A program made the position numbers and the translations under genes. A stretch of DNA of 64,000 bases. Source: Nageia nagi. Its lineage: Eukaryota > Plantae > Pinophyta. The stretch covers positions 17,670,001 through 17,734,000 of the forward strand of contig JBITNC010000001.1 of the NCBI GenBank assembly GCA_050084985.1. Direction: 5' to 3'. The notes below the pieces were generated by a model. It made no database searches and was not told the DNA's origin. It saw only the letters and a program-made list of their open reading frames with translations. This document shows, in pieces, positions 11,438 to 24,907 of the stretch (positions within the stretch are counted from its first letter, which is position 1; each line of letters starts with the position of its first letter).

Positions 11438-14400
11438 TGTTGTGCTCGCACAACACACCCCAAAATATAAAATTTTGGAGACCCTATTTTTGCGAAGGCA
11501 ATAAGGTGCATTGTTTTGAGATTGGCTTTTGGCGACGGATAGTTCATTTTGAAAAGTGCAAGCATGATATCAGGGAGTGATTCAAGGAGATCATGCGACG
11601 AAGACCTTGAAGAGTATCAGAGTATCCAGTCACCAGCTTTGCATCCAAGGAGCCAAGATTTGAGAGAGAGTACCAGAGCACGAATTTTTTGGGTCTAGAG
11701 TGAGAACAATGGAGATGGGGTCATTTTTCAAAGTTTTAAGCTCGAAAATGGTAGATATGACAAAAATGGTCATTTTGGTCAACTTTGAGCCTGAAAAGCT
11801 CAAAAATGACAAGTATGATGGAAATGTGCGTTTTGGTCAATTTTGAGCCCAAAAATGGTCAATATGGTAAAAATGCATGTTTTTGCACTGTTTGAACCCG
11901 GAGAGCTTGGAAATGGTAAAAAATGCAAAGTTGAGCTCAAAAGGGCCGGGAATGCTTGGAAATGCCGAGAATGCTAGAAATGGTCTTTTTTTCACAGTTT
12001 AAGCTCGAAATTGCTGGAAATGATTGAAAATAACAACTTTAAACTCGAAAAGGCGAAAATGGTCATCTTTGCAACGTTTGAGCTCGAAAATCATTGAAAA
12101 TGCAAAGTTTGAGCTCGGAGGTGTCGAAAAGAGCATTTTGGTCGAGTTCGATCTTGGAAACGTTGGGAGTGGTTGGAAACGTACATTTTGAGTTTGGAAT
12201 GGATCGAAAATGCAAGTTTGAGTGCCCCTAGCCCTAACCACGTTTTTCCAAGGTATTGAAGATCCAAAATGAGGGTAAATTGATGCATGTTTTTCAAAGA
12301 TAAATGCAAATGGTGCTTGTTTTTCAAAGATAAATGCAAATGGTGTTAGAATTCAAGTCTAAGAGCGTTATTGGAGAGATAAGGTGAATTCTATCACAAT
12401 TAAGACTTTAAATTTTCGATTTTGACCAAGTCTAAGGCATTCAAAACCTAGGCGTAGTTTTTCAAGCCTATGGGAAATCCATAGAGATGTTTTTTGGTGC
12501 CTAGATTGTGAAGAAAAGTGGAAATATACCGAAAATCAAATGTAAATGCATAGATGGATGGAAATGATGGTTTTAAGACACTTTAGGTCTCGAAATTTTT
12601 GGTTTTGAGCAAGTTTAGATCCCCAAATTCCTAGACGCAAGTTTCTAAATTTTTCCAAATTCATTGGCATGAAAAATGGCGCATAGAATGACAATATGAA
12701 GTGTTTTTTGCTCAAAAATCAAGTTTAGATGCTTGGGAACAAGGAAAAGACCATTCTAAGCACATTTAATACTCAAAATTTTCGATTTTGAGCACCCTAA
12801 AGGCTAGGCACAGGTTTTCAAGGCTATGGAATTCCAATGGAGTGAAAAATGGTGCCTAGGATGAATACATTTGACAAATTTTGATCAAAACACAAGTTTG
12901 AGGGGTCCATGGGGTGCAAGTTGGCATTTTGAGTACATTTGGGTCTTGGAAAAATCAATTTTGGGCAATTTTTGAGCACCTAGAGGGCAGGTGCAGTTTT
13001 TCTAATTTTTCCAAATCCATTGGCAAGAAAAATGGTGCCTAACTTGGATAGAAAAGTGCAAAAATCAACAAAAAATGATTTTAAGGTGTCCATTAGGTGA
13101 AAATGATGATTTCTAACACATTTAGAATTGAAAAATTTCGATTTTCGAGCCATTGAAAATCCAATGGAGGGAATTCTAGCGCCTAACATGAAGGAGATTC
13201 ACAAATTTGGCTCAAAAATTGATTTTTAGGACTTCATTGCATGGACAAAGTGATTTTAAGAACATTTAAACTTGCAATTTTTCAAATTTGAGCAAGTTTA
13301 AGGCCCCTAGAACCTAGGTGCAGGTTTTCATGCGATTGGGGAATCCATTGGAGTGAAAATCAGCACCTAAGTTGGAGAGATAAGTGCAAATTTGCTCAAA
13401 TTTCGAATTTAACCACTTGTTTGCAAGAGAAATGTCATTTTGAGCACATTTAACACTTCATTTTTTCGATTTTGAGCAAAGGAAAGGCCTCTAAAAGTTA
13501 GGCGCATGTTTTCATGTCACTAGAAATCCATACAAGTGAAAACTAGTGCCTACCTTGAGGAGGAATGTCAAAATTTGCTCAAAAATCGAATTTTATGGCT
13601 TCATGACATGGAAAGGCACATTCTAAGCACATTTAAAATTTGGAAATTTCAAATTTGAGCAAGTGTAAGTGCTCAAAAATCTAGGAGGCATTTTTCATTC
13701 CTATGGAAATTTTCACTTTTTTCTACCAAAAAAATCCATAGACATGAAAATTGCAAATTTTGCCAAAAATCCCAAATCCTTCTCCAAACCTTCTAAAAGG
13801 CTCAAAAACATCTCAAAAGTTGTCAAGTACCTTATAATCTTATCCTCCATCCATCCATGAGCTCAAATCCACTTTTTAATTTTTTTCGAAATTTCAGACA
13901 CATCTTTTTCAAAAAATTCTCTCAGAATTCCTTGAACCAGAATGATCACATCATGGGCAAATCCATATTCAAAGAAAGGAGCTCAAAAGATTGACAAAAG
14001 GATCTAGAACAATGATTTGAAGCTTCAAATTTTGCCAAATTGATGCAAAACGTCTTGAAATCCGTGTCAAGGGGCATCAATTTTTGTAAATATTTTATTT
14101 CTAGCATACTTTAGCAGGATGATTATTGTTCTCCCACTAAAATGACATTGTAATCTCAATTTAGCATTCAAATTAGCATTTTAAAAATTTTTTTTAAGAA
14201 GTAGGGCAACACCCTCAAATTTGACCTAAAAAGTCTATAAATAGACGATAGCTGGTCACTTTTGAAGCAAAATGGTTTTAGTGCAAATTTGTGGAAAATT
14301 GGCAAATTGATGTATCCTTGTAATTTTTGCACGAATTTAATACAAAGTGGTGAAATACTTGAAACAAAGAGATTGTCATTTGTGAGATTGTGGATTTGAC

Positions 14401-15161
14401 CATTTTGGAGCTTTTATGGATGATTTAGAATCTTTCACGCTTTTCCTTGAAATTTTTCGAATTTTAGGAAAAAATTTTGAAAATTTTTAAAAGTTTTTGA
14501 ATCATTCCCAAATTGTTGCCTATCCATAATTTGCATAGTAAGTGGACATATTCTGAGGATTTCTTCATTCAATAACATCAAATTAGATATTTCCACTCGA
14601 AACAAAGTTTGTGCACACTTCTTGTGTTGTATTTCCCTTTTTATTGCATCGGTCTTGCTTGCAGAGTACCAATAGTCAGCTTTGCTCCCTGCTCCTCTTA
14701 AGGATAGATTGAACTTCGGTTATTCTATTTTTAGGTTGGAAGACTTCGAATGAGATTTCTTAAATGATCCAGAAGTACGATACCTTAGACATTGCTTCAC
14801 TGTGACTTTTTTCTTTGTCATCTCACCAGTATCGAAACATTCTCGTCCCCTTTTCTTTTCTTTTTTTTACACTTTTTTAAACTTATAGCAACTTTCGAAC
14901 TATTGCAAGATAAGACACCTTAGTCCCCACAAAAACGTGTGTTAACAGTTACTACCTCTACTAGACCACTCAACTAATTCCCAAACAAGACCTACACAAT
15001 TTAAAGCTCGTATTAACGACAAAGCTTTCTGATAGAAACCTTGGGGTATCAATCCTTACAAGAGAAGTACAGTAATGCGTTCTCACCTACATGTAGGGTC
15101 GCTTTCCCATCTTGATCGTCTAGGAGATCACCAAGTAAAAGGAAAGGTTTCCTTCCTAACA
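11438..15161 (+). mobile_element. Solo LTR B1 (3724 bp), Tat/Ogre-like long LTR, nested in Z
   Basis: TGTTGTGCTCGCACAACA...CCTAACA; perfect TSD CCATC; TATA at 14236-14243; homologous inverted copy at 45644-51939. Confidence 0.9.
12448..13710 (+). repeat. ~180-bp subrepeat array in B1, each unit with an imperfect CTAGGCGCA...GGTGCCTAG palindrome
   Basis: Units near 12448, 12632, 12804, 12985, 13314, 13498 and 13681. Confidence 0.75.
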
Positions 15162-15341
15162 CCATCCTGCCTCTAGATGATATAAAACGGTAGGTTGATT
15201 AGCTTAGAGCATAGTAAAGCAGGTGACAGGAATATTAACTCACAAATTTATATGGACCTATTCAGTGCTTGCGTTAATGGAAAGTTGTTGGGGTTTGTTA
15301 ACAAAAAGCAAAATAAATAAAGAAAAAAAAAGCTGAGAATG

Positions 15342-16545
15342 TGTAAAACTCTAAATGCGATTTCACATACAATTAAGCAAATTCAACTAAACAAGCACCC
15401 ACGTCTAGCCTAGAAGGGCATCAACAAGCATTCAACACCTCAATATGCCAATGTTAGGGTTACGACATCCAATACAAATCTATACAACACAATAATGCCA
15501 ACATCTCGCTACAATATGCATGAAAGAGTAAATACACCACAACGTTGCAAATATAGACAATTGCACAACACAATAGCCCACGGCATGTATTGAAGATATA
15601 GAATGAATACAGATACAATACTAGGCTTCAAGGGCTCAACATTGGCCTCCAAGGAGCCAACTAGGGCACAACGAATGTCTTTACTGCTGAACAGACGGAA
15701 CATTGAATGGGACATCCTCACTCCCTCAGAATTTGAATCCTCTCCACCGAAGGAGCCCTCCTCAAACACTGACGACCAATTGAATGGTAGAAGTGTGACC
15801 TCGGAATACCACCGGATGGGCTAGGGTGCTACACCAAAGCCGTATATTAATAGGATCCCTTAGCCTATCAACCCTCCTAGATGTTGCACCTAGCGATGTT
15901 GCTTGACCTTGCACCAAGACTTCTGTCCACAGCACAGTATGAGTAATAATGATAATTCTATATATCCAACAATAATGCTCCGAGGGCTAATATAGCTTTC
16001 CTGGATCTAGATCTCACCTCAAAGTCATCACCCAGTACCCTCAAACCCCAACGATGGCACCTAGGAGTCATTCTAAGCCCAACATGGGTATTTGGGCCTC
16101 CCTCATGCTCCACGTGGGTTCTCAAGCTCAACATGGGCTTAGGGATGCATGTTTGGGTCAAGGAGGCATGCGTGGGCATCTAGGAGGGCACTGTCGGTGT
16201 CATGAGCCAACGTGGGGGTCTAGAAGTCTCCCCAAGGCTAGTGCATGTGTACAAGTGCTCCCAATCTCAATGTTAGGGCCATTAAGTGCTCATCCATGCT
16301 CTAAGTGCTAAATAGACATGGGATTCCCACAATCATGTTTCGAGATCTCCAAGTACATTAAAACACACTAAACTACACTTGGGAGGGAGACGTCCAACTT
16401 GGGGCTCATAGTGGGGTTCAATGACCCATTAAGTCTTCTATCCCAAGTTCTAACTAATAAAACATTATTAATAATTAAATATGATACAAAGAGGGAATCC
16501 ATTGGATTTCAAAATTAAGTACAATAATCAATGGGGGATGTCACA
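15342..16545 (-). mobile_element. Solo LTR, family A (1204 bp), nested in Z
   Basis: TGTAAAAC...GATGTCACA; perfect TSD GAATG; homologous to 54124-55286, whose adjacent PBS gives the orientation. Confidence 0.9.
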
Positions 16546-17614
16546 GAATGGAAGAAACTCAAAGGGACTTAGTGTGAATGATGACAATTCGCTAGTATTG
16601 CAAGGTTTGCAAGATATAGGATCCAGATTTGGCGGGAAACTTCATGCAATTATCAAATTAAAGAGGTACACAACAAGAATGCCCGAAGTACAACGTTAAA
16701 TGAGCAGGAAGCAGAGCGTTGGTAAAAGACAACATAAGATACGTTCAATATTCAATCACTTATCACTGTTCTACATGCAAGATTCCACATAAACGACATA
16801 GAAGAAGATAATTTCCAAAATACAATAGTTAATGTGCAAGTATGGAACTGATAATCACTTATTCACTTCAAAAGATAATTGTTTTACTTTCCCTAAAACT
16901 TGAAGTTTTCAAAGGAAATGCCCACAAGTGAATAAACAACTATTAAAGATATCACATATAAAATATTCCACAACTCCACTAAATGAACAACAATCACAAC
17001 ATCAATATAGAATCCACAACTAAAGAACAAACACCAAAGGCCAAGTGTTCCTAGGCAAGCTTCTCTCTATTTCCATTATGAGTAAAAAGGGACCCCGCGA
17101 GGGATACTTATAACATTTGTGTCTGACAATTGTTGCCCTAATTCAACAACCAACATTTAATAAAAAGAAACTAACACAACTTGACATAACACCAAAATGC
17201 CCTTCAAAACAACTGAAGGGTCAAGTTCTGACAACAATGTTTGACACGAATCTAACAAATATAACGCCCTTTAAAAAAATTGAAGAGCCAACTCTAATTA
17301 TTATTCTTTCAACAACCTAATATTGCCAAAGTACTGACTATAGCCCAAGACAACAAAATATAGCTGAAATCATTAACTTTGAATATGTGGGAGCTCAACT
17401 CATCCTCACAGTTCAAGTCTTACAACAAAATTATACTATGCATGTGACCACTAAACAAAAATTAAATGTTTTCCTTCAACAACTGCTCCCATTCGACATC
17501 AAATATGCCATAGTTCATGTATCTATAGTTGAAGAAGGCAATCTTCCTTGGAAGCTTTGCTTGCAAAATCTTTTCTGTCGGGTCCATCTTGCCAAAATAA
17601 TCCTCAATTAATAT

Positions 17615-17828
17615 CATAGAATAAAAATACAATTTTTTTAACAAATACGATCTGGGGCCAAATATGAAGAAAACGGTAAAAACGACAAAAAAATACGGGA
17701 AAAATGGGGAAAAGACGTCAAAAATACAATAGAATGTAAGTGTTTTAAAATATGGTTAAATTCGGCATGCCTTAAAAAACACGTTTAAACGGAAAATACA
17801 TGTTTAAACGAAGTTTTTTTATTCTATG
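17615..17828. mobile_element. hAT-type MITE (214 bp)
   Basis: TIR CATAGAATAAAAA / TTTTTATTCTATG; perfect 8-bp TSD ATTAATAT. Confidence 0.93.
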
Positions 17829-17926
17829 ATTAATATGCAGGTTTCTATCATTTGATACTCCCAAGCGTATATTGACCTATCATCATCAATTATTGTGCCA
17901 ACTTTGATCAAGTTTACATCTTTGAG

Positions 17927-20900
17927 TCAGAGGAGTTCGTCCAGCAGGTTCTTAGTCTCCAAGAATATTTCATCTATGTTCCTAACATATCCATCTTCTT
18001 GGAAAAATTGTATTCCTATTTTGAACCCATCCATGCGCTGTTGAACTTCTTTTTCCAACTCTGCTCTCATTCCAGCCAAGTATTCATATTTGGCCATGGA
18101 ACCTTGTAACCAATCGTGAACATAAAATTGCGTGGCATAACTAATCCTTCCTTCTTCTAAGGGCATTGATGCTTCTTTCTCCATCTTTTGAACCATTGAA
18201 AAATTCTTCTTAGCCTTCTCCAGATTTTCTATGATCTTTGGCTTCATTGCTATCATTGTCCCTTGTTGGACCAAGAAAGAGGAATAATCCATCCTAAGCT
18301 TACAAACAGTCTTGAGCACGATATTATCAATTCTTCTCTTTTTCGATTAACCCCCATGTTCCAAGCAGTTGACAACTTGATGTCTTTTGTACTCATCTTA
18401 GCTACCTCGATCTCCTTTACTAGCTTGTTCTTCTAGACCAATTGCTTCTTGAGATCTTTAAGCTCTTATTCTCTTTTCAAACCTGTTTTTTCAATTGAGG
18501 AGGTTATAGTGTGAAGAACATGTTTGTAACCTCGCCAATCTACTTTTGCTTTTATTCCCATAGTTTCCACAGTCATGTCTTCCGCCCCTTTAGGATGCTT
18601 TTTCTTTGAAAAGAATCTATCTACAGTCATCACATCTTCTCTCATGGTGGGGAAGCATTCCATACCATATTCTCCTTCTTCACATTTTGTTTCAGTTTCT
18701 TGATCACCCTCTTCTGGATCCTTGTGAGATTTCTGCATTCTGGCCACATAAGCATTCATATCAAAATTCCAATCCTGTCGTTCATTAGCTGAGACTCTTC
18801 GGATTACAAGAGTCTACATTTCTATTTCTTGAACTTGTGCTACTCTAGTTATTTCCTGAGGTATGATCATCAACTTTCCTTGATGTATCTCTAAAGGCTT
18901 TGCCTGTTGCTGCACTATAGATAGCTGCACTATCTTTTTTCCCGATTTACCTTGGTGCTCTATTGCTTTTCTTCTCTTCCTTTGCTCTTCACTCTCTCCT
19001 TTGTCATCACCATCTCCTACTGATCCGGACTTCTTACCTAGGGAGTATGCCTTTTATGATGAGTCTTTTTAGCTTCTTTCGGGTGAGAAGAAGAGTTATT
19101 CTCCTTATGTGAAAGTGAACAAGTGGAAGAGGAGGGAGCATCCATGGGAGTTGATGTCATAAATTCTTGCATTTCAACCTCATAAACCTCATCAATAATG
19201 ATAACTTCTTCCTCTCCTCCAGAAGAGGACTGATCCAATTGATTAAGAATTTCCAAAGCAAGGGGAGTATCTTGAATCATTTGCTCTATTGTTCTTTCAG
19301 CAAGATTATCGTTGCTTTGCACATCACTGTTGGACTCATCACTTTTGTCTTCACTGCCTTCTCTCAAACCACTAGTTCTCGAACTACTAGTCCTTGAACC
19401 ACTAGTTCTTGAGTTGCTCGTATTTGACCTAGACCTCCTACTAGATCTCGAACTAGTCTCAGAGCCTGAGCTGCTGGAAGTGCTACTACTATCATTTGAA
19501 TCATCCTTCTTGGAATTTTTACTTTTAAGGGAGCTCCTACTATCACAACTTTCTCCTATCACAGGATCATTCCCAACAAATTCTCCTTCCTCCATATATT
19601 GGGTCACATTCGTTGGCTCATCATTTGTAGGTCCACCAAAATCATCTTCAACATGAATCCTTCTGAGGAATCTTCATGTTCTAGGTTTTTTTGCAACTTT
19701 AGTTGGGCCTTTTGAACTTTTGGGCTTTGATTTTTTAGGTCTTTGATCATCAGCGGTGTTGAGAGGGGACTCTTTATTACTGCATGGTTGAGTGTGTTTA
19801 ACGGGAAACCAGAAGTCCCATGCTCCTCAATGTCTTTCTTCATATCTTCCATTGCAGCTTCAAGATGTTGAGCTGCAGTCCCACTATACTGTACTGACTT
19901 GAAAGTGCCATATTCTCCAATTCTAGCTTGTGGTCTTTCTGGCAATATCTCCATTACAATTTGTAATGGCTTAGGGTTCCTAATTGCATTTATTCCCCTT
20001 ATCTTTGCAATTTCAAAATCAATCCCTTTTCTCATTATGTCATCCAAGTTGGGTTGCTTCAATAATTCTTGATGGACCTTCAAGATCTCATCATCTTTCA
20101 TAACATTTATGTACTTCCCCAACAATCCTATGGGTTGATGGGTAATAGGTGTAGGCCAAATCTTTGAGTAGACCAAGCAAAATTGGTGTATCTTCTCCTC
20201 TGGATCATAACTCCGATATACTTGTGTGATCGGGAAATCATAAAGACGGATCTCCTTAGTTGCCGACCCAACTTCTTTCTACCTAGTGCAAGAGTACTCT
20301 CCAATCACAATGGGCAAATTGAATGTAGCATCTTTTTTTTTTCAAACATTGTTCCGTAGGTACAAGATTTGTCTGCAGAACTCCATCATTATTAATCTGT
20401 TGCTGGCATATTTGAGTAACAATAATGGTGGCTCTTGGGAACTGTATACCAGTATATACATAGCACCGCTACTTTATAGAAAGAAATCTTCGTATGGCCT
20501 AGTAGTTTGAAATGCAAAAGCAAAGACTCTTTCAACAGTCAAATTTCCCTTAATTTCTATTAAAATTGGATACTCCCACCCATCTATCTTCATCTTGCAA
20601 TCTTCCCATTGGTTTGGGTACCAAAACTGGGGGTAACGACCGGATTAGCAGGGTTGGGCACACTCTCAATATCACCATGACCAAAGGCTCTATTCTTTCC
20701 ATCCAAGAGGAGGTATACCAAATATGTATTCATGTAAAACTTTTAAGTTTCACCAATCTGCATCAACTATTCACTCAATGCATCATTAAGGACTCTACTC
20801 CATCTTATCTTATTACCCATGCCTATCAAATAGATGAATCCTGTGAATTCCACTCTGAACTTAGCATCGGTTGGTTGTCCGATAATTCTACACAAAAGAC

Positions 20901-21739
20901 TGATAATCTATGAAACTATGGTGTGGAAGCTAGTTTTGGGTGCATTGACCAATTTGCTCCCCGTATAATGCTGGCAATCATCTTGCAACCATTGCTTGAG
21001 CAAATTTGTGGGCTTACTCAACCCACGGCTAAAGGCCATAAAGTCTTTCTCAATGTAAATCATTCCTTCATTGGACAAGTTGAAAGCCTCTTCGATTCCT
21101 TTCATTGAAAAGTCCATCGGTTGGTTGTCCGGTAATTCTACACAAAAGATTGATAATCTATGAAACTATGGTGTGAAAGCTAGTTCTAGGTGGATTGACC
21201 AATTTACTCCCATATAATGTTGGCAATCATCTTGCAACCACTGCTTGAGCAAATATGTGGGCTTACTCAACCCATAGTAAAAGGCCATAGTCTTTCTTTG
21301 TGTAAATCATTCCTTTGTTGGACAACTTGAAAGCCTCTTTGATTCCTTTCATTGAAAAGTGCATGATTTTGTGTCTTGCGGTATCAAAGAGAACTCTCTC
21401 TAAAAAATTACATCATTTCCCCACTTCCAAACACAATTCTTGGAATGAGGCAGCAGTAGGAATGATGCCTATATCAACCAATCATGATGTGTATAATACT
21501 TCCCAAGACAAGGCAATCTTATCAATGCTTTTAATAACATCCTTCTCAAAACTGATCAGGGTTTCCCTCACCAACCACTTTGAGCAAGGGGAAAGTGACT
21601 TCTAAAGGTTATCTTTAACAACCTTGGCTTTTACTGGCTTCTTCCCCTTTTCCTTACTGCCTATTCCCTTGTTTCTCCTTCTGGATGTTCCAACTTCTAG
21701 TTCTTGCTCATTCCTTCTTTTCTGGACTTTTGGATCCAT
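17927..21739 (-). pseudogene. Decayed LTR-embedded unknown gene of element Z: basic N-terminus, conserved domain, Ser/acidic tract, coiled-coil-like C-terminus
   Basis: Collinear ORF pieces 21739->20908->20176->19038->18466->17927. Conserved block MDFS.....AF...NAPK.SF...LLCRIIG....KFR.EF.GFI.....G.KIRWS..L.D.....L......KFYMNTYLVYLLL is shared with 37148-32049. Confidence 0.75.
20865..21360. repeat. 250-bp direct tandem duplication inside the Z ORF
   Basis: TTGGTTGTCC.TAATTCTACACAAAAGA recurs at 20871 and 21121, and the downstream sequence is duplicated with substitutions. Confidence 0.9.
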
Positions 21740-23038
21740 GTTTAAGATTTTGACGTACCTGCTATAGGAGAACAAGATTAACCCTAAGCTACTATGGAAG
21801 AGTAAAATGGGGGCGAACTAGATATCGACAATCTCATGATGGAGACAAATTAGATCAATTTGGGGAACCATGGTTTTGACAATACAATAGAAAAAGTAAT
21901 GGTGTAACAAACAGAAGGGAACTAACTCTAACTAGGTCACACCAAAACAAACATATGTGAGAATCAAACTTTAAGATAGATGCAACCAAAATGATTTAAC
22001 TTTTTCACCAGATACAATGAACAATAGCAAAGCAAGCAACTACCTATGAATGAATTTTGACCTTGATAATTTTCTCTAACAAAGCTTAACTCTCTCGCTC
22101 GACGAACTTCGCCTGACAAACGACTGAAAAGATTGGAACAAACAAGGTTACTATGGTAGTTTTGACAAAACAAATAGGGAGAAGACAAACAAAGAGTGTA
22201 GGTGGATAAACAAAGGGTTTACTCTTTATACCACAATAGTTTACTGGCTTTCACACCTAGGTAGCTTAGTTTCTAAAGGCTATTCCAACAATCTCCTGGA
22301 AACAAGCGATCAAATTTGAGTGACAGTAATATGAAAACTGAAAGAATATGTCATTTCTTATAAATCCTTTTGAGACAAATGGTGCTTTGCATGTTCCTAT
22401 GAACCAAATTCTGACACTTGGCGAACTATTCCAATGATCTGAAACGGTCGCTCACTTTTAGCAACTTGAAATTTTATGTCGTCATCTGAATGAAGTATTG
22501 AATTTGCTATGTGCACTAGTGAAAATTGGCAAATTCCTTTTCTCCATGTCGCAAATTTTAAGCATCTATCTTTGCATAGACTTGATATCATGTGACCTCC
22601 TTTTTCAAATCTTTACTTGCCAAGCACAAGGGTGTGAGCTTTGGCTCAACAATTTCAAACCTTTTGCAAATTTTCGATCAGGTCGCAAGTTTGGACAATA
22701 ATGCCTATAGCACTTCCATTGGAATGTGCGATTAGCCTTGAGGTCTTGTTAATCTGCAATAAACTTATTCTGCTCCTCCAAAATGCCACATTTTGATTAA
22801 TTTCAGTTTGGGAAACCTCTTATACATTCATCTGGCAATTATCTATCATTCTGGATGAGGTCGCATGTTCTCAGGATAGTGCCCTGGTTGCTTGTTATAG
22901 AAGACTTGCGTCTCACACTGTCATCAAATCGTGCAACTCACTTGCCTATTGGTTAATTGCATGAGGCGAGATTTTTCTCTTGCTATTGGAGTTCCTTGAT
23001 GTCTTGTGTCAATCTAATGAGCAATAAACGACATATAT

Positions 23039-24907
23039 TGTAAGGATCCAAAACACAAATCAAGTGCAATTAAACCCAAAAACACAAATATGCACCAAAC
23101 GTTTGGTCCAAAAGGGCAATTACAAGCATCAAACACCTCAATATGCCAACGTTAGGGTCAGTGCACCAAACACAAGCTCAATCAACATACAAATGCCAAC
23201 GTATGGCCAGAAGCATATATCAATGATCAAACCCTCACAATGCCAACGTGTGGCTCATACATGCATAAAATAGACAAATACACCACACATTGCAATAATG
23301 GACATGTGCACAAAATAATATGAGATCCGAATGCCCACTGGTTGTATATATTATAAAGAATGTAATGTACCAAAAATAAATATTTTTTGTAAATGTCTCC
23401 TACACTTAATTATAAAAGTGAAAAAGAAGTTCATGTGACTAGGAGACATAACTTAAGTTGTGTTTATTTATGTTTTATATTTTTATTTTGTAATAGGGCA
23501 CTTTAAGTAATTTTAGGGTTGGGAGATGTCAACTCCAAATTAGAATATGAGCTTATAAAAGGGAAGTGGGCATCCCATTTGAGGAAGCTTGTGGATCATC
23601 TATTTTATTATTTTTGAGTGAAGGAGATTCCTTTCTCAACCCAAGTGTGTACGTGTTCATGCATATTTGGATCTCAAGGGTTGTGGGCCTTAGTCTTGGG
23701 GGTGTTTGTACACCTAGAGCTAAAGGTAGCTATTGCTTGGGAGACTTCAGGAGTTGTGGGCCTCAATCTTGGGGATGCTTGCACATCTACAGTTGGAGGT
23801 AGCGATTTCTTGGAGAGATCTTGAGGGTTGGAGGCCTTGCATGGGAGCCTAGCCTCATTCTGTTGCATCATTTTCAGATCTGGCCAATTTGTGGCATTTT
23901 TGTGAGCTTGGATCTGCATTTGTGGCACTTTAGCTATTGTATTGGTTTGACATCATTTTTTTAATAAAATTCCTTGGCTGATTCTCTCCATTATTTTGCA
24001 TATTTTTCTGAGTTTTGACATTGTTCCTTGGCTGCAAGTTTATTTCTGTGTTTTGAGCATTCACTTGAGCAATAAAAATAAAAAGAACATTACAAAGAAC
24101 GAATAGCAATACAATACCAAGCTCCCAGAGCTGGACATTGGCCTCTAAGGAGCCAACTAGGGCAAGTTGTGTATCCTCAATGTTGGATGGGCAAGTAGAA
24201 CCATGGGACAACCTCGCTCCCTCAGAACCTGAATCCTCTCCACCAAAGGAGCCCTCCTCTAATCCTAAAGGCCAATTGAATGGCAGAAGCTCAACCTAGG
24301 AATACCACCGGATGGGCAAAGGTGCTACACCAATGCCATAGACAATCAAGATCCCTCAACCTGATGGCCCTTCTAGATGTTGCACCTAGGGGATTGCTCA
24401 GCGCCGCTAAGACTTGTGTCCACATGACGGTATCAATGAGATAGTAGAATAATCAGGTATATCCAACAATGAGGCTCCAGTGCCTCTTTATACACTCAAC
24501 TTTGTTTGGATCTCACCTAAGAGTCATCACCCGACTCCTTAATCCCAACGTTAGCCTTCTAGGGGCCCAGAATGCCCAATGTGGGTCAAGCATGCAAACG
24601 TGGGGGCCTGGAGTGCCATAAATGCCAACGTGGGGGCCTGGAGTGCCATAAATGCCAACGTGGGGGTCTAGTAGTGCCACGCATGCCCAACGTGGGTCCG
24701 GGAGCCATGCGTGGGGTCTAGGTGTCATAATGGGCCAATGTGCGGGTCTACGAGTCTCCCAACTTGGGGCTCACAATGGGTTCCATAGACCCATTAAGTC
24801 TTCTATCCCAAGTTACAATATGAAAGTACAATGCAATGATAAAACATATTACAAGAGGAATCCGTTGGATTCCACAATTAATTACAATCATGTAAGGGGA
24901 CGTAACA
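23039..24907 (-). mobile_element. Solo LTR, family A, nested in Z and itself interrupted by a PDS5-family solo LTR
   Basis: TGTAAGGATCC...GGACGTAACA; TSD TATAT/TCTAT (1 mismatch); homologous to 54124-55286. Confidence 0.85.
23361..24094 (+). mobile_element. Solo LTR of the PDS5-carrying family (734 bp)
   Basis: TGTAATGT...ACATTACA; perfect TSD AAGAA; near-identical reverse complement of 3605-4336. Confidence 0.95.

Noticed and set aside
19312-19656. Leu-rich plus-strand ORF
   Set aside because: Antisense shadow of the Ser-rich tract in the Z ORF.
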